A stretch of 24,000 nucleotides of DNA from an uncultured Eubacteriales bacterium (GCA_964400015.1 CAYNRR010000015.1:9184-33183); one strand, 5' to 3'. Shown: positions 10,741 through 21,288, counted from the first letter of the stretch. Translations and numbers: made by a program. The notes: a model not told the origin generated them from the letters alone.

Positions 10741-13474
10741 ATGGGATTTTTAAAAAAATTATTTCCTTCATACAGTGAAAGGGAAATCAAAAAAATAAAG
10801 CATTACGTTGATGAAATCAATGCACTAGAGCCAACAATGGAAGCTTTATCAGATAAAGAACTACGTGCAAAAACAGATGAATTTAAGAAAAGATTACAAG
10901 AGGGCGAAACATTAAATGATATATTAGTAGAGGCATACGCAACTGTTCGTGAAGCTTCAAAAAGAGTATATGGAAAGAGACCATTTGATGTTCAGCTTAT
11001 GGGTGCAATAATATTACATCAAGGCAGAATTTCAGAAATGAAAACAGGTGAAGGAAAAACATTAACAGCTTCAATCGCCTTATATTTAAATGCACTAGAA
11101 GGAAAAGGTGCTCACCTAGTTACGGTAAATGACTATCTTGCTAAATCGCAAGGTGAAGAAATGGGTAAATTGTATAATTTCTTAGGACTATCTGTAGGTA
11201 TAATAATAAATGGATTAGAACCAAGAGAAAGAAAAGCTGCATATGCTGCTGATATTACTTATGGAACAAATAATGAATATGGATTTGACTACTTAAGAGA
11301 TAATATGGCTATATATAAAGAAAACATGGTTCAAAGAGAATTGAATTATGCGATTGTCGATGAAATAGATAGTATCCTAATCGATGAAGCACGTACACCA
11401 CTTATTATTTCTGGACCATCAGATAAAGCCAATGACTTATATAAAACAGCAGATGCATTTGTTAAAAAGCTAAAATTTAAAGTAATCACTAAAGATGATA
11501 CTAAGCAAGAAGAATCTGAAGAAGATAAAGAATACGACGCAATCGTAGACTTAAAAGCACGTAGAACTACTTTAACTTCAACAGGTACATCAAAAGCTGA
11601 AAAACATTTTGGTGTTGAAAATTTATCTGATATAGAGAATACGACTCTTTTACATCATATAACAAAAGCACTTGATGCTAATGGCATCATGAAGAGAGAC
11701 GTTGACTATATCGTAAAAGATGGCGAAGTACTAATAGTAGACGAACATACAGGAAGAATCATGTATGGTAGAAGATATAGTGATGGACTACACCAAGCTA
11801 TTGAAGCAAAAGAAAATGTAAAAATAGAAAACGAAAATAAAACACTTGCTACAATAACATTCCAAAACTATTTCAGATTATATAATAAATTATCTGGTAT
11901 GACTGGTACAGCATTAACAGAAGAAACAGAATTTAGAGAAATATACGCATTAGATGTTGTAGAGATACCTACTAATAAGCCAATGATTAGAAAAGATCAT
12001 AACGATGTTGTATACAAAACAGAAAGAGCGAAATTAAGACATGTTATAGAAGATATCAAAGAAAGCAATCAAAAAGGACAACCTGTATTAGTTGGTACAA
12101 CAACAGTTGAAAAATCAGAATACCTTAGCGATTTATTAAAGCGTGAAGGTATTAAGCATGAAGTATTGAATGCAAAATATCATGAAAAAGAAGCTGAAAT
12201 TGTAGCACAAGCAGGTAAATTTGGAGCTGTTACAATTGCAACAAACATGGCAGGTAGAGGTACAGACATAATGCTTGGTGGTAACACAGAAGCATTAGCA
12301 AAACACGAATTAAAGAAACGTGGCTATCCAGAAGATGCTATATTAGAAGCAGTTAGCTTAAATGATACAGAAGTGCCAGAAATACTAGAAATAAGAAAAG
12401 AATACAAAGAAATATATGACAAACTAGACCAAAAAGTTCAAGAGGATAGAAAGAAAGTTATTGAAGCCGGTGGATTAAAAATCATTGGTACAGAACGTCA
12501 TGAATCTAGAAGAATAGATAACCAGCTTCGTGGACGTAGTGGACGTCAAGGTGACGTAGGTGAATCAAGATTTTATATTTCGCTAGAAGACAAGTTAATG
12601 AAACTATTTGGTGGTGACCGAATTCAAATGGTTGCTAACGCAATAAAAATGGATGAAGACATGCCACTTGAAATGGGAATGTTAACAAGTACAATAGAAA
12701 CAGCACAAAAGAATGTAGAATCAATTCACTATAGTGCAAGAAAGAACACATTACAGTACGATGATATTATGAACGACCAAAGAAAGATTATATACACAGA
12801 CAGAAGAAAAGTACTAGATGGCAAAAACATGAAATCGGATATTATGAAAATGATAAGCCAAACAATTCAAAGTGCTGTAGACTCATATTTTGGAATAGAT
12901 GTAACAACTGAAAATGAAGAAGAATTCTTAATGTACGTAAGAAATCTATTAGGAATAGAATATACATTAGATTCATCAAAAACACCAGAGGCAATAGTTG
13001 AAGACTTAACTAATAAAGCAATCGAAATATACGAAGCAAAAGAAAAAGAAATTGGTGAAGCTCAACTTAGAGAAATAGAAAGAATCATAATTTTAAGAAC
13101 AGTAGACACAAAATGGATAGATCACCTAGATGCAATGGATCAATTAAAAGAAGGGGTTAGACTAAGAGGTTATGCACAAAAAGATCCAGTAGTTGAATTT
13201 AGAATGGAAAGTTATGATGTATTTAATGAAATGACTGCAGGAATAGCAGAAACAGTAGTAAGATCAATAATGCACATACAAAAAAGAAACGAGAACATGG
13301 AGAGAGTTAACGTTATCAAAAAAATGATAACAAACATGAATGCGGCAGCAAATGCAGCATCAGAAAAAGCAAAACCAAAAGTAAATTCAAGCAAAGAAAA
13401 AGTTGGTAGAAATGATCCATGCCCATGCCGGAAGTGGAAAGAAGTATAAAAAGTGCTGTGGAAAAGATGAATAA
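10741..13474 (+). CDS. secA: preprotein translocase ATPase SecA; complete product requires a +1 shift, join(10741..13428,13430..13474)
   Basis: Canonical SecA throughout (MKTGEGKT, DEIDSILIDEARTPLIISG, etc.). Zero frame ends [11 protein letters not shown] at 13449; skipping C13429 gives [19 protein letters not shown], the SEC-C motif. Confidence 0.93.
13429..13432 (+). other. +1 recoding site 1: CGGA read as Gly (C skipped)
   Basis: in-frame TGC CGG AAG; the +1 frame restores the conserved SEC-C C-terminus. Confidence 0.8.
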
Positions 13475-13482
13475 TATATAAT

Positions 13483-13520
13483 ATTAAAGGCTAGTATAAC
13501 ATTCTATACTAGCCTTTTTG
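13483..13520 (+). terminator. Rho-independent terminator, copy 1 of a 37-bp duplicated sequence
   Basis: AAAGGCTAGTATA-acattc-TATACTAGCCTTTTT. Confidence 0.9.
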
Positions 13521-13709
13521 TATTGAGAAGAAACCAACAGTTGTACTGGTGGTAAAGAAGATTTAGAGCTATGCAGAGAAACTTAATGATGCAAGTAAAA
13601 TATTCAATCAATTATATGATACATGAGAATAATAGACTAATGATTTGTTATCATATATTTTTGTGAGAGTTAATACAGACACCAGAGATAAATAATTGGA
13701 ATTCTGATA

Positions 13710-13738
13710 TTGACATATAGTCCGTATATACTTATAAT
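13710..13738 (+). promoter_or_regulatory. consensus sigmaA promoter
   Basis: TTGACA-N17-TATAAT, perfect hexamers and spacing. Confidence 0.8.
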
Positions 13739-13801
13739 AAGAACAAAAGTTCTGCAAATGTTTTTTATACTTAAAAAGTTTAATCAAAAGAAGGTAGTAA
13801 A

Positions 13802-14191
13802 TTGCAATATATAACAAATTTAGATAGAAAGAAGTTAGGCATATATGAGAGTAAGTTAATAACAGAAGAAGTGATTTTAACAGACGAAAGATTATACAAA
13901 CACATTCTTTTGTTTCACGAAGAAGAGTATAAACAATTAAAGCCATATATAAAAAGTATAATTGAAGAACCAGATTACATAGTTGAAGATAATAGAAACG
14001 AAGATACTATGATATACTTAAAAGAAATTAGTGATATTGGTAAAAATGGCAGAGTTGTTGTAAAATTGGCATTAGGAAAAGATAAAACACATAATAAAAA
14101 TTCGATTATTACATTGATGAAATTGAATAAAAGAACATGGAATCAAACTATAAAAAATAGAGGAAATATAATTTGGAAGACTAGAAACTAG
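13802..14191 (+). CDS. small PBECR/RelE-like (barnase-EndoU-ColicinE5/D-RelE fold) nuclease-like protein
   Basis: 129 aa, TTG start after GAAGGTAG; pattern HILLFHEEEY..IKPYIKSIIEEPDYIVED....VVVKLAL...KNSIITLMKLNKRTW resembles phage-type BECR nuclease domains; recognised from memory, not searched. Confidence 0.5.
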   Translation: MQYITNLDRKKLGIYESKLITEEVILTDERLYKHILLFHEEEYKQLKPYIKSIIEEPDYIVEDNRNEDTMIYLKEISDIGKNGRVVVKLALGKDKTHNKNSIITLMKLNKRTWNQTIKNRGNIIWKTRN

Positions 14192-14235
14192 ACAAAAGTG
14201 AATAAAAGATGTATAATAAAAATACACTATGAGTA

Positions 14236-14319
14236 GGTTATTTGAAGTGGACAATAGTGCCATCCACACACCCTAGTGGTCAAAAGAGATGCAGGATTTG
14301 GCACACCTGCCAAATAACC
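14236..14319 (+). ncRNA. compact structured RNA candidate: closing stem, two hairpins, complementary loops
   Basis: GGTTATTTG/CAAATAACC closing stem; GTGGA/TCCAC hairpin with loop GTGCCA; GCAGG/CCTGC hairpin with loop TGGCAC; loops complementary over 6 nt. Confidence 0.5.
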
Positions 14320-14325
14320 AGTATG

Positions 14326-14357
14326 ATAAAAGAGCTATGATAACATAGCTCTTTTAT
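14326..14357 (+). repeat. perfect 14-bp hairpin, possible terminator
   Basis: ATAAAAGAGCTATG-ataa-CATAGCTCTTTTAT. Confidence 0.7.
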
Positions 14358-14379
14358 TGAAGTGCAAACAATAGAAAAC

Positions 14380-14416
14380 ATTAAAGGCTAGTATAACATT
14401 CTATACTAGCCTTTTT
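14380..14416 (+). terminator. Rho-independent terminator, copy 2 of the 37-bp duplicated sequence
   Basis: identical to 13483-13519: attaaaggctagtataacattctatactagccttttt. Confidence 0.88.
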
Positions 14417-14444
14417 CCTATTAAATTATATCAATAACAATTTA

Positions 14445-14726
14445 TCAAATCTCATCAGTAACACCAAGAAGAAAATCTGCTTCTTCTTGAGTTATTTGAC
14501 CTTGTTCTAAACAAGTATTTACAAATTCATTTTTCTCTTCTTCTGTTTGACCACTGGTATCCATGATCGTACGCAATTCGATTAAAGAATCTTTTTTAGT
14601 TTGAAAATGAAGCCCATCTTCGTCAAACATATAATTAGACATAAAGTGTGTTAGTACAAAATATCCAATAACTAAAAGTGCTAATACAATAATTATTATT
14701 GCTATAATAACGTTCTTTTTCTTCAT
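14445..14726 (-). CDS. small single-pass membrane-anchored hypothetical protein
   Basis: MKKKNVIIAIIIIVLALLVIGYFVLTHFM...; minus-strand AGAGGTGG upstream of ATG at 14726. Confidence 0.7.
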   Translation of the reverse strand: MKKKNVIIAIIIIVLALLVIGYFVLTHFMSNYMFDEDGLHFQTKKDSLIELRTIMDTSGQTEEEKNEFVNTCLEQGQITQEEADFLLGVTDEI

Positions 14727-14968
14727 AAATACCACCTCTTAGTTCAGTTTACTTATGTAAATTATAACACTTACTATGCATATAATCAATACAAATGGGA
14801 AAAAATGTATTTCATATACTGCTGTCATTTCTAAAATGTTTTTGTATGGTTGACCAAAACGATGCAAAAATATATAATTATGCAAATAGAAATAAAAATA
14901 AAAGAGCTAGTTAGACAATATTTTTATATAATATAAAAGGTATTATAAAAATGAAAGTGAGTGATAAA

Positions 14969-16073
14969 ATGTTTGAACTTGAAGAATTACTTCAACAAAT
15001 AAAAATATTTGAAAACAAATTAAAAGAATTGAGTGAATCTCTTTGACATAAAATCAAAGGAACAAGCATTAAAAGATTTAGAAACACAAACGCAAGAAAC
15101 AGAATTTTGGAATGATAGCGAAAATTCTACAAAAGTTTTACAAAAAATAAAAACATTGAAAGATAAAATCGCAGGTTTTATTTCTTTAAATAATTTAATA
15201 AATGACACAAAAGGAATAATTGAACTTAGTCTTGAAGAAAAGGAAGAATCTATGATTCAAGAAGTGAAATCATCAGTTAAGCAAATAGAAAAGCAATTAG
15301 AAAAATTAGAAATTTCAAATTTGCTTTCGGGCAAACACGATGCAAGCAATGCAATTATTACAATTCATCCAGGAGCAGGAGGAACTGAATCACAAGATTG
15401 GGCTGAAATGTTATATAGAATGTATTCAATGTGGGCAGATAAAAATGGTTATAAATTGGAAGAATTAGATTACTTAGATGGAGATGTTGCAGGAATAAAA
15501 AGCGTTACATTTAGTATTATAGGAGATAATGCATACGGTTATTTAAAAGGCGAAAGTGGAGTACATAGACTAGTTAGAATTTCTCCGTTCGATTCTGCTG
15601 GAAGAAGACATACATCATTTGCATCAGTCGAAGTAATTCCAGAAGTATCAGATGATTTAGATATTCAAATAAATCCAGAAGATTTAAAAGTAGATACATA
15701 TCGTTCAAGTGGTGCAGGAGGACAACATGTAAACAAAACAGAATCGGCAATCAGAATAACACACATCCCAACAAACATAATAGTATCTTGTCAAACACAG
15801 CGTTCACAAATTCAAAATAGAGAAAAAGCAATGAAAATGTTAATCTCAAAGTTAATGGAATTAAAAGAACTCGAGAACAAAGAAAAAATAGAAGACTTAA
15901 AAGGAGTACAAAGAGAAATCGCATGGGGAAGTCAAATACGTTCATATGTATTTTGCCCATACACACTAGTAAAAGATCATCGCACAAATCATGAAACAGG
16001 AAACGTAGAAGCTGTAATGAACGGCGAACTAAACGACTTCATCGACGCCTTCTTACGCAGGGACGTCCGTTAA
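14969..16073 (+). CDS. prfB: peptide chain release factor 2 with programmed +1 frameshift, join(14969..15043,15045..16073)
   Basis: MFELEELLQQIKIFENKLKELSES-CTT-TGA-C, then DIKSKEQALKD...; GGQHVNKTESAIRITHIPT. Confidence 0.96.
15041..15047 (+). other. programmed +1 frameshift site of prfB (CTTTGAC)
   Basis: in-frame CTT TGA C at codons 25-26. Confidence 0.96.
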
Positions 16074-16108
16074 ATGTCTCATTTTTGCTAAAATATGGAT
16101 ATTTTTAC

Positions 16109-16150
16109 AATAAGGCTTTATAGTTTAAATACTATATAGCCTTATTTTTT
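16109..16150 (+). terminator. prfB Rho-independent terminator
   Basis: AATAAGGCTtTATAGT-ttaaat-ACTATaTAGCCTTATTTTTT. Confidence 0.85.
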
Positions 16151-16217
16151 GCATTAAATACTAGATAAATGTGCAAATCTAAAGCAGTCGTTTTAAATTT
16201 TGAATTTATTTTTTCAC

Positions 16218-16456
16218 AAAAAGAAAACGCATACAACAGATTATCAGTTGCACGCGCTCCCTAGTTTTTCGAGCAGTACATTAACTTGCTCCTTCCACAT
16301 TAAATTTCATACTCCTAACAACTCTCCATACACACCAAGCACTAAAGTCGCATCCTCAACGGAATCTTCTCCTCAGAGCATAGCGCTTATCACCTCAGTA
16401 TCCGTGCGGCCTCCCACATCGTTACTGGTAACAATCTATACTTCAAGTTAGAGTAT
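16218..16456 (-). ncRNA. independently transcribed structured ncRNA (family unassigned)
   Basis: minus-strand promoter TTGACT-N17-TAATAT; putative 5' end pairs AUACUCUAAC with GUUAGGAGUAU; ends in GCGCGUGCAAC/GUUGUAUGCGU plus a T-rich tract; no credible ORF. Confidence 0.72.
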
Positions 16457-16462
16457 AAAATT

Positions 16463-16491
16463 ATATTATCACAGTTTACATAAAAAGTCAA
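16463..16491 (-). promoter_or_regulatory. sigmaA promoter for the minus-strand ncRNA
   Basis: minus strand TTGACT-N17-TAATAT. Confidence 0.7.
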
Positions 16492-16574
16492 GTAAAAATA
16501 ATTTATTTTATATTTTACCATTTCGATTCAATATGGTATTCTATTATAGATGAATTTATTTTGGGGGTAATATT

Positions 16575-19500
16575 GTGAATAATAACGAAATAAATTGGGA
16601 AGAGGTTGTCGATTTTTTTGCAAAAAAATATGTTTCAATTAAGGCAGCTCTTGCCGGTAGTAATATAGATGTTCAAGGAGATAATGTTTGTGTTAATTTG
16701 AAGTCTAAAAGCAAATTTATGCTTGAACAACGAAATTCTAATAAGTTAATTGAAGAATATATTAAAAATTCTTTTGGAAGAATTGTAAACGTTTCTTTTA
16801 AAGAGCAAGAAATTGTTGAAGATTCTTTAAGTAAGGAACAAGAAATTATTAGAAATTTAATGGAAAAGAATAAACAAGAACTTGCAGAAAGAGCCAAAGA
16901 AGCACCTAAAAAAGTGTCTCATTCATCAACGTCTAATCAATTACAAGGTACAAATTATCAATCAGCAAAAACGGTGCAAGGAAATTCAAGTGCACAGTCA
17001 TCAAATGTTCCGATGAGCTCGCTTGATTATGCTACATCTCAAGGTGGAACTAATTCAACTAATCAAGCCGATACTGCAAATGCTCCAAAAGATACTTTTA
17101 AAGGAAATAGCAAAAGAGGTATGCAATTTGTTAAAGATCCTGAAAAACTTCTTTTTAAAGGATGGAAAGTTCCTTCAAATCCGAGAGAAACAAAGATTGC
17201 AAATCTTTCGCCAGAACAAAATGAAATTATTTTAAACGGTAAAATTAGTAATTATGATAGTAGAGAAACAAAGAATGGTGGCTTTCTAATATCTTTTGAT
17301 ATGTATGATGGTACTAGTTCTATAAATATAAAGTCATTTTTGAAAGCAAATGAGTATGGTGAAGTACATCCAAAGATGAAAGGGCTTGCAGCAGCAAGAA
17401 TTGTGGGTACATATGAATATAATGCATTTTCAAAGGAGTTTGGAGTAATTGCGAGTATCATAGAGGAAAGTGAATATGAAGAAAAGAAAAGAATGGATAA
17501 TTCAGAAGAAAAACGTGTTGAACTTCATCTGCATACTCAAATGAGCCAAATGGATGCAATTTCATCTGCTACTGATTTGATAAAAACGGCTATAAAATGG
17601 GGACATAAAGCTGTTGCAATAACAGATCATGGTGTCGCTCAAAGTTATCCTGAAGCGAAGAAAGCTGCGAAAGATTCTGATATAAAAGTTATTTACGGTG
17701 TAGAAGCTTATTTGTGTCCAGATAATGTTACTTCGGTTTATGACGCGAAAAGCACGGAGCCTTTGGACGATTTAACATATTGCATTTTGGATATTGAAAC
17801 AACAGGTCTTTCAAGGCAAACAGAAAAAATCACGGAATTTGGAATTATGAAAATGAAAAATGGTGAAATTATAGATACATTTGAATGTTTTGTAAATCCA
17901 GAAAAACCAATACCACAAAAGGTTGTCGAAGTTACTCATATTACAGACGATATGGTTAAAGATGCCGAAACGATAGACAAGGTTATGCCAAAAGTAATTG
18001 AATTTGTTGGGGATAGTATAGTTGTTGCACACAATGCAAACTTTGATGTTGGATTTATAAGATATAATGCTGAATTGCTTGGTTTAAAATTTGATAATTC
18101 TTTCATAGATACAGTTGCACTGGCAAAGGAACTTTTCCCTGATATGAAAAAATACAAGCTTGGATACATCGCTGAGCATTTAAATATAAAGGTTGATGTC
18201 GCACACAGAGCATTAGCAGATGTTGAAACTTTAGTTGCTGTATTTAAAGTTATGCTTGATCATATTCGTGAAAAAGAAATTACTACTTTGAATGACATTG
18301 ATGTAAAGCTAGCTCAAGATGTTAATTTTAAAACATTGCCAACATATCATGCAGTAATACTTGCATCTAACAAGGTGGGACTAAAAAATTTATATAAACT
18401 AATTTCGTATTCTCATGTTGATTATTTTTATAAAAAGCCAAGAATTTTAAAAAGTTTGCTAATGAAACATTCTGAAGGTTTGATTTTAGGAAGTGCTTGT
18501 GAGCAAGGAGAACTTTTTAGAGCTATAGTTGATGGTAAATCAGAAGAAGATCTAGAATCTATTGCAGATTTTTATGATTATTTAGAAATTCAACCTATTG
18601 GCAATAATATGTTTATGGTTCGCAATGGAACAGTTCCAGATGTAAAAACATTGGAAGACTTTAATAAAAAAATTGTTGAACTTGGTGAAAAATTAAATAA
18701 ACCTGTTGTTGCAACTTGCGATGTTCATTTCTTAAATCCAGAAGATGAAATTTATAGAAGAATTTTGCAAGCTGGTCAAGGTTATGATGATGCTGATGAA
18801 CAAGCACCATTATATTTTAGAACAACTGAAGAAATGCTTAAAGAGTTTACGTATTTGGGCGAAGAAAAAGCGTATGAAGTTGTTGTAACAAATACAAACA
18901 AAATAGCAGATATGTGCGAAAAAATAAATCCAATTGCAGATTATAAAGCAACGCCACACATTGATGGTTGTGAAGAAACAATTAGAAATATAACGATGAA
19001 ACGTGCTATCGAATTATATGGTGATCCGTTGCCTGAAATTGTTCAAGCTCGTATAGATAAGGAACTTGAATCAATTATAAAAAATGGATTCTCTGTTATG
19101 TACATTATCGCACAAAAACTAGTTAATAAATCAAATGAAGATGGTTATTTGGTTGGTTCGAGAGGATCTGTTGGTTCATCATTTGTTGCTAACATGACGG
19201 GTATTACAGAAGTTAATTCACTTCAACCACATTACAGATGTCCAAACTGCAAATATTCGGATTTTACAGATTATAATATAAAAAATGGGTTTGACCTTCC
19301 AGACAAAGAATGTCCTAAATGTGGAACTATGCTAGAAAAAGATGGTATGGATATTCCATTTGAAACATTCTTAGGTTTCGATGGGGATAAAGAACCCGAC
19401 ATAGACTTAAACTTTTCTGGTGAATATCAAGCCAAAGCACATAAATACACAGAAGTAATATTCGGTAAAGGCACAACTTTCAAAGCTGGAACAATTGGTA

Positions 19501-20825
19501 CAATTGCCGATAAAACAGCATTTGGATATGTAAAAAAATATTACGAAGAAAGACATATACCGATAAACAATGCAGAAATTTCAAGAATTGCGATAGGATG
19601 TACAGGAGTAAAAAGAACAAGTGGGCAACATCCAGGTGGAATTATAGTAGTGCCAACAGGTAATGAAATATATGAATTCTGTCCAGTACAACATCCAGCA
19701 GATGATGCAGAATCAAATATTATCACAACACATTTTGATTATCACTCAATAGATCAAAACCTTTTAAAACTAGATATATTAGGGCATGATGATCCGACAA
19801 TGATAAGAATGTTACAAGATTTAACTGACGTGGATCCACAAAAAATTCCACTAGATGATAAAGAAACTATGTCAATCTTTTCATCAACAAAGGCATTAGG
19901 TGTTACACCAGATCAGATCCATTCAGAAGTTGGTACATTTGGTGTCCCAGAGTTTGGAACAAAGTTTGTTCGTGGAATGTTAGTAGACACAAAGCCAACA
20001 AAATTTGAAGAGTTGCTAAGAATTTCAGGATTATCACATGGTACAGACGTTTGGCTAAACAACGCGCAAACGCTTATTCAAGAAGGCACAATTACACTGG
20101 AAGACGCAATATGTACCAGAGATGACATAATGATATATTTGATAAAGCAAGGATTGCCACCAAAACCTTCATTTAAAATAATGGAGAGTGTTCGTAAAGG
20201 AAGAGGATTATCAGAAGAACAAGAAGCGTTGATGCGTGAAAACAATGTTCCAGAATGGTATATATCTTCATGTAAAAAAATAAAATATATGTTCCCAAAA
20301 GCGCATGCTGCAGCATATGTAACCATGGCATTTAGAATTGCGTGGTTTAAAGTTCATATACCTATAGCATATTATGCAGCCTTTTTCTCAATAAGAGCAG
20401 ATGAATTTGAAAGCGATTCAATGATTTATGGAAAAGAAAAAGTAATAAACAAGATGAGAGAAATAGATTTGCAAGGAAACAACGCTTCTCCTAAAGACAA
20501 AAATATGTACTCAGTATTGGAAATAGTGTTAGAAATGTATGAAAGAGGAATCGAATTTTTACCAATAGATTTATATAAATCCGATGCAAAAAAATTCTTA
20601 ATAGAAGATGGAAAAATTCGTCCACCACTAAATAGTATTGCCGGACTTGGAACGGTTGCAGCAGAAAATATACAACAAGCTAGAAACACAGGAGGACAAT
20701 TTATGTCTATCGAAGAATTAAAATTAAGATCAGGAGTTGGCAAATCAGTAATAGAATTACTAAAAAACGCTAACTGTCTAAAAGGAATGACAGAAAGTAA
20801 TCAAATGAGTTTATTTACATATTAA
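16575..20825 (+). CDS. polC: DNA polymerase III alpha subunit, PolC type
   Basis: GTG start after GGGGG; exonuclease TYCILDIETTGLSRQTEKITEFG, PHP VELHLHTQMSQMDAISSA, FLGFDGDKEPDIDLNFSGEYQ. Confidence 0.98.
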   Translation: MNNNEINWEEVVDFFAKKYVSIKAALAGSNIDVQGDNVCVNLKSKSKFMLEQRNSNKLIEEYIKNSFGRIVNVSFKEQEIVEDSLSKEQEIIRNLMEKNKQELAERAKEAPKKVSHSSTSNQLQGTNYQSAKTVQGNSSAQSSNVPMSSLDYATSQGGTNSTNQADTANAPKDTFKGNSKRGMQFVKDPEKLLFKGWKVPSNPRETKIANLSPEQNEIILNGKISNYDSRETKNGGFLISFDMYDGTSSINIKSFLKANEYGEVHPKMKGLAAARIVGTYEYNAFSKEFGVIASIIEESEYEEKKRMDNSEEKRVELHLHTQMSQMDAISSATDLIKTAIKWGHKAVAITDHGVAQSYPEAKKAAKDSDIKVIYGVEAYLCPDNVTSVYDAKSTEPLDDLTYCILDIETTGLSRQTEKITEFGIMKMKNGEIIDTFECFVNPEKPIPQKVVEVTHITDDMVKDAETIDKVMPKVIEFVGDSIVVAHNANFDVGFIRYNAELLGLKFDNSFIDTVALAKELFPDMKKYKLGYIAEHLNIKVDVAHRALADVETLVAVFKVMLDHIREKEITTLNDIDVKLAQDVNFKTLPTYHAVILASNKVGLKNLYKLISYSHVDYFYKKPRILKSLLMKHSEGLILGSACEQGELFRAIVDGKSEEDLESIADFYDYLEIQPIGNNMFMVRNGTVPDVKTLEDFNKKIVELGEKLNKPVVATCDVHFLNPEDEIYRRILQAGQGYDDADEQAPLYFRTTEEMLKEFTYLGEEKAYEVVVTNTNKIADMCEKINPIADYKATPHIDGCEETIRNITMKRAIELYGDPLPEIVQARIDKELESIIKNGFSVMYIIAQKLVNKSNEDGYLVGSRGSVGSSFVANMTGITEVNSLQPHYRCPNCKYSDFTDYNIKNGFDLPDKECPKCGTMLEKDGMDIPFETFLGFDGDKEPDIDLNFSGEYQAKAHKYTEVIFGKGTTFKAGTIGTIADKTAFGYVKKYYEERHIPINNAEISRIAIGCTGVKRTSGQHPGGIIVVPTGNEIYEFCPVQHPADDAESNIITTHFDYHSIDQNLLKLDILGHDDPTMIRMLQDLTDVDPQKIPLDDKETMSIFSSTKALGVTPDQIHSEVGTFGVPEFGTKFVRGMLVDTKPTKFEELLRISGLSHGTDVWLNNAQTLIQEGTITLEDAICTRDDIMIYLIKQGLPPKPSFKIMESVRKGRGLSEEQEALMRENNVPEWYISSCKKIKYMFPKAHAAAYVTMAFRIAWFKVHIPIAYYAAFFSIRADEFESDSMIYGKEKVINKMREIDLQGNNASPKDKNMYSVLEIVLEMYERGIEFLPIDLYKSDAKKFLIEDGKIRPPLNSIAGLGTVAAENIQQARNTGGQFMSIEELKLRSGVGKSVIELLKNANCLKGMTESNQMSLFTY

Positions 20826-20901
20826 GCTAAAAGAAAAAAAGCTTGGAAATATCTAAGGTTATGTTATAATAAATATGTAAGTGAGTTACGGAGGTGATAT
20901 C

Positions 20902-21288
20902 GTGATAGGAAATAGTTCGTTTTCAATTTTTGTCGATAATGTATTTGCTTTTATAGCAAAATTGTTTTCATCATTGCTTGAAAACGTAGTAAAAATAATT
21001 TTTTCTAATCATATAATAACAGTGCTTTTATTTTTTGTGTTTATAAACGCCATAGCTATTATATTGATGAAAAAAGATAAGGAGTATGCTCAAACTGGTG
21101 CAAAAAGAGTTCGCGAAAGCACATTACTTATAGTTGCATTAGTAGGTGGAGGATTAGGAGAATACTACGCGATGTACAAGTACAAGCACAAAACGTTGCA
21201 TAACAAATTTTTATATGGAGTACCAATTGCAATAATGCTTAATACGGCAATGATAACGTATTCAGTATCACTTGTACTATTTGCGTAA
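20902..21288 (+). CDS. DUF1294-like small membrane protein
   Basis: NAIAIILMKKDKEYAQTGAKRVRESTLLIVALVGGGLGEYYAMYKYKHKTLHNKFLYGVP; GGAGGTG followed by GTG at 20902. Confidence 0.85.
   Translation: MIGNSSFSIFVDNVFAFIAKLFSSLLENVVKIIFSNHIITVLLFFVFINAIAIILMKKDKEYAQTGAKRVRESTLLIVALVGGGLGEYYAMYKYKHKTLHNKFLYGVPIAIMLNTAMITYSVSLVLFA

Noticed and set aside
13608-13946. 112-aa minus-strand ORF
   Set aside because: Overlaps the perfect + strand promoter and the 13802 gene; hydrophobic shadow translation of AT-rich DNA.
16200-16451. + strand 83-aa ORF MNLFFHKKKTHTTDYQ...
   Set aside because: Low-complexity translation of the antisense of the structured ncRNA; no RBS, and the promoter and terminator point to the minus strand.
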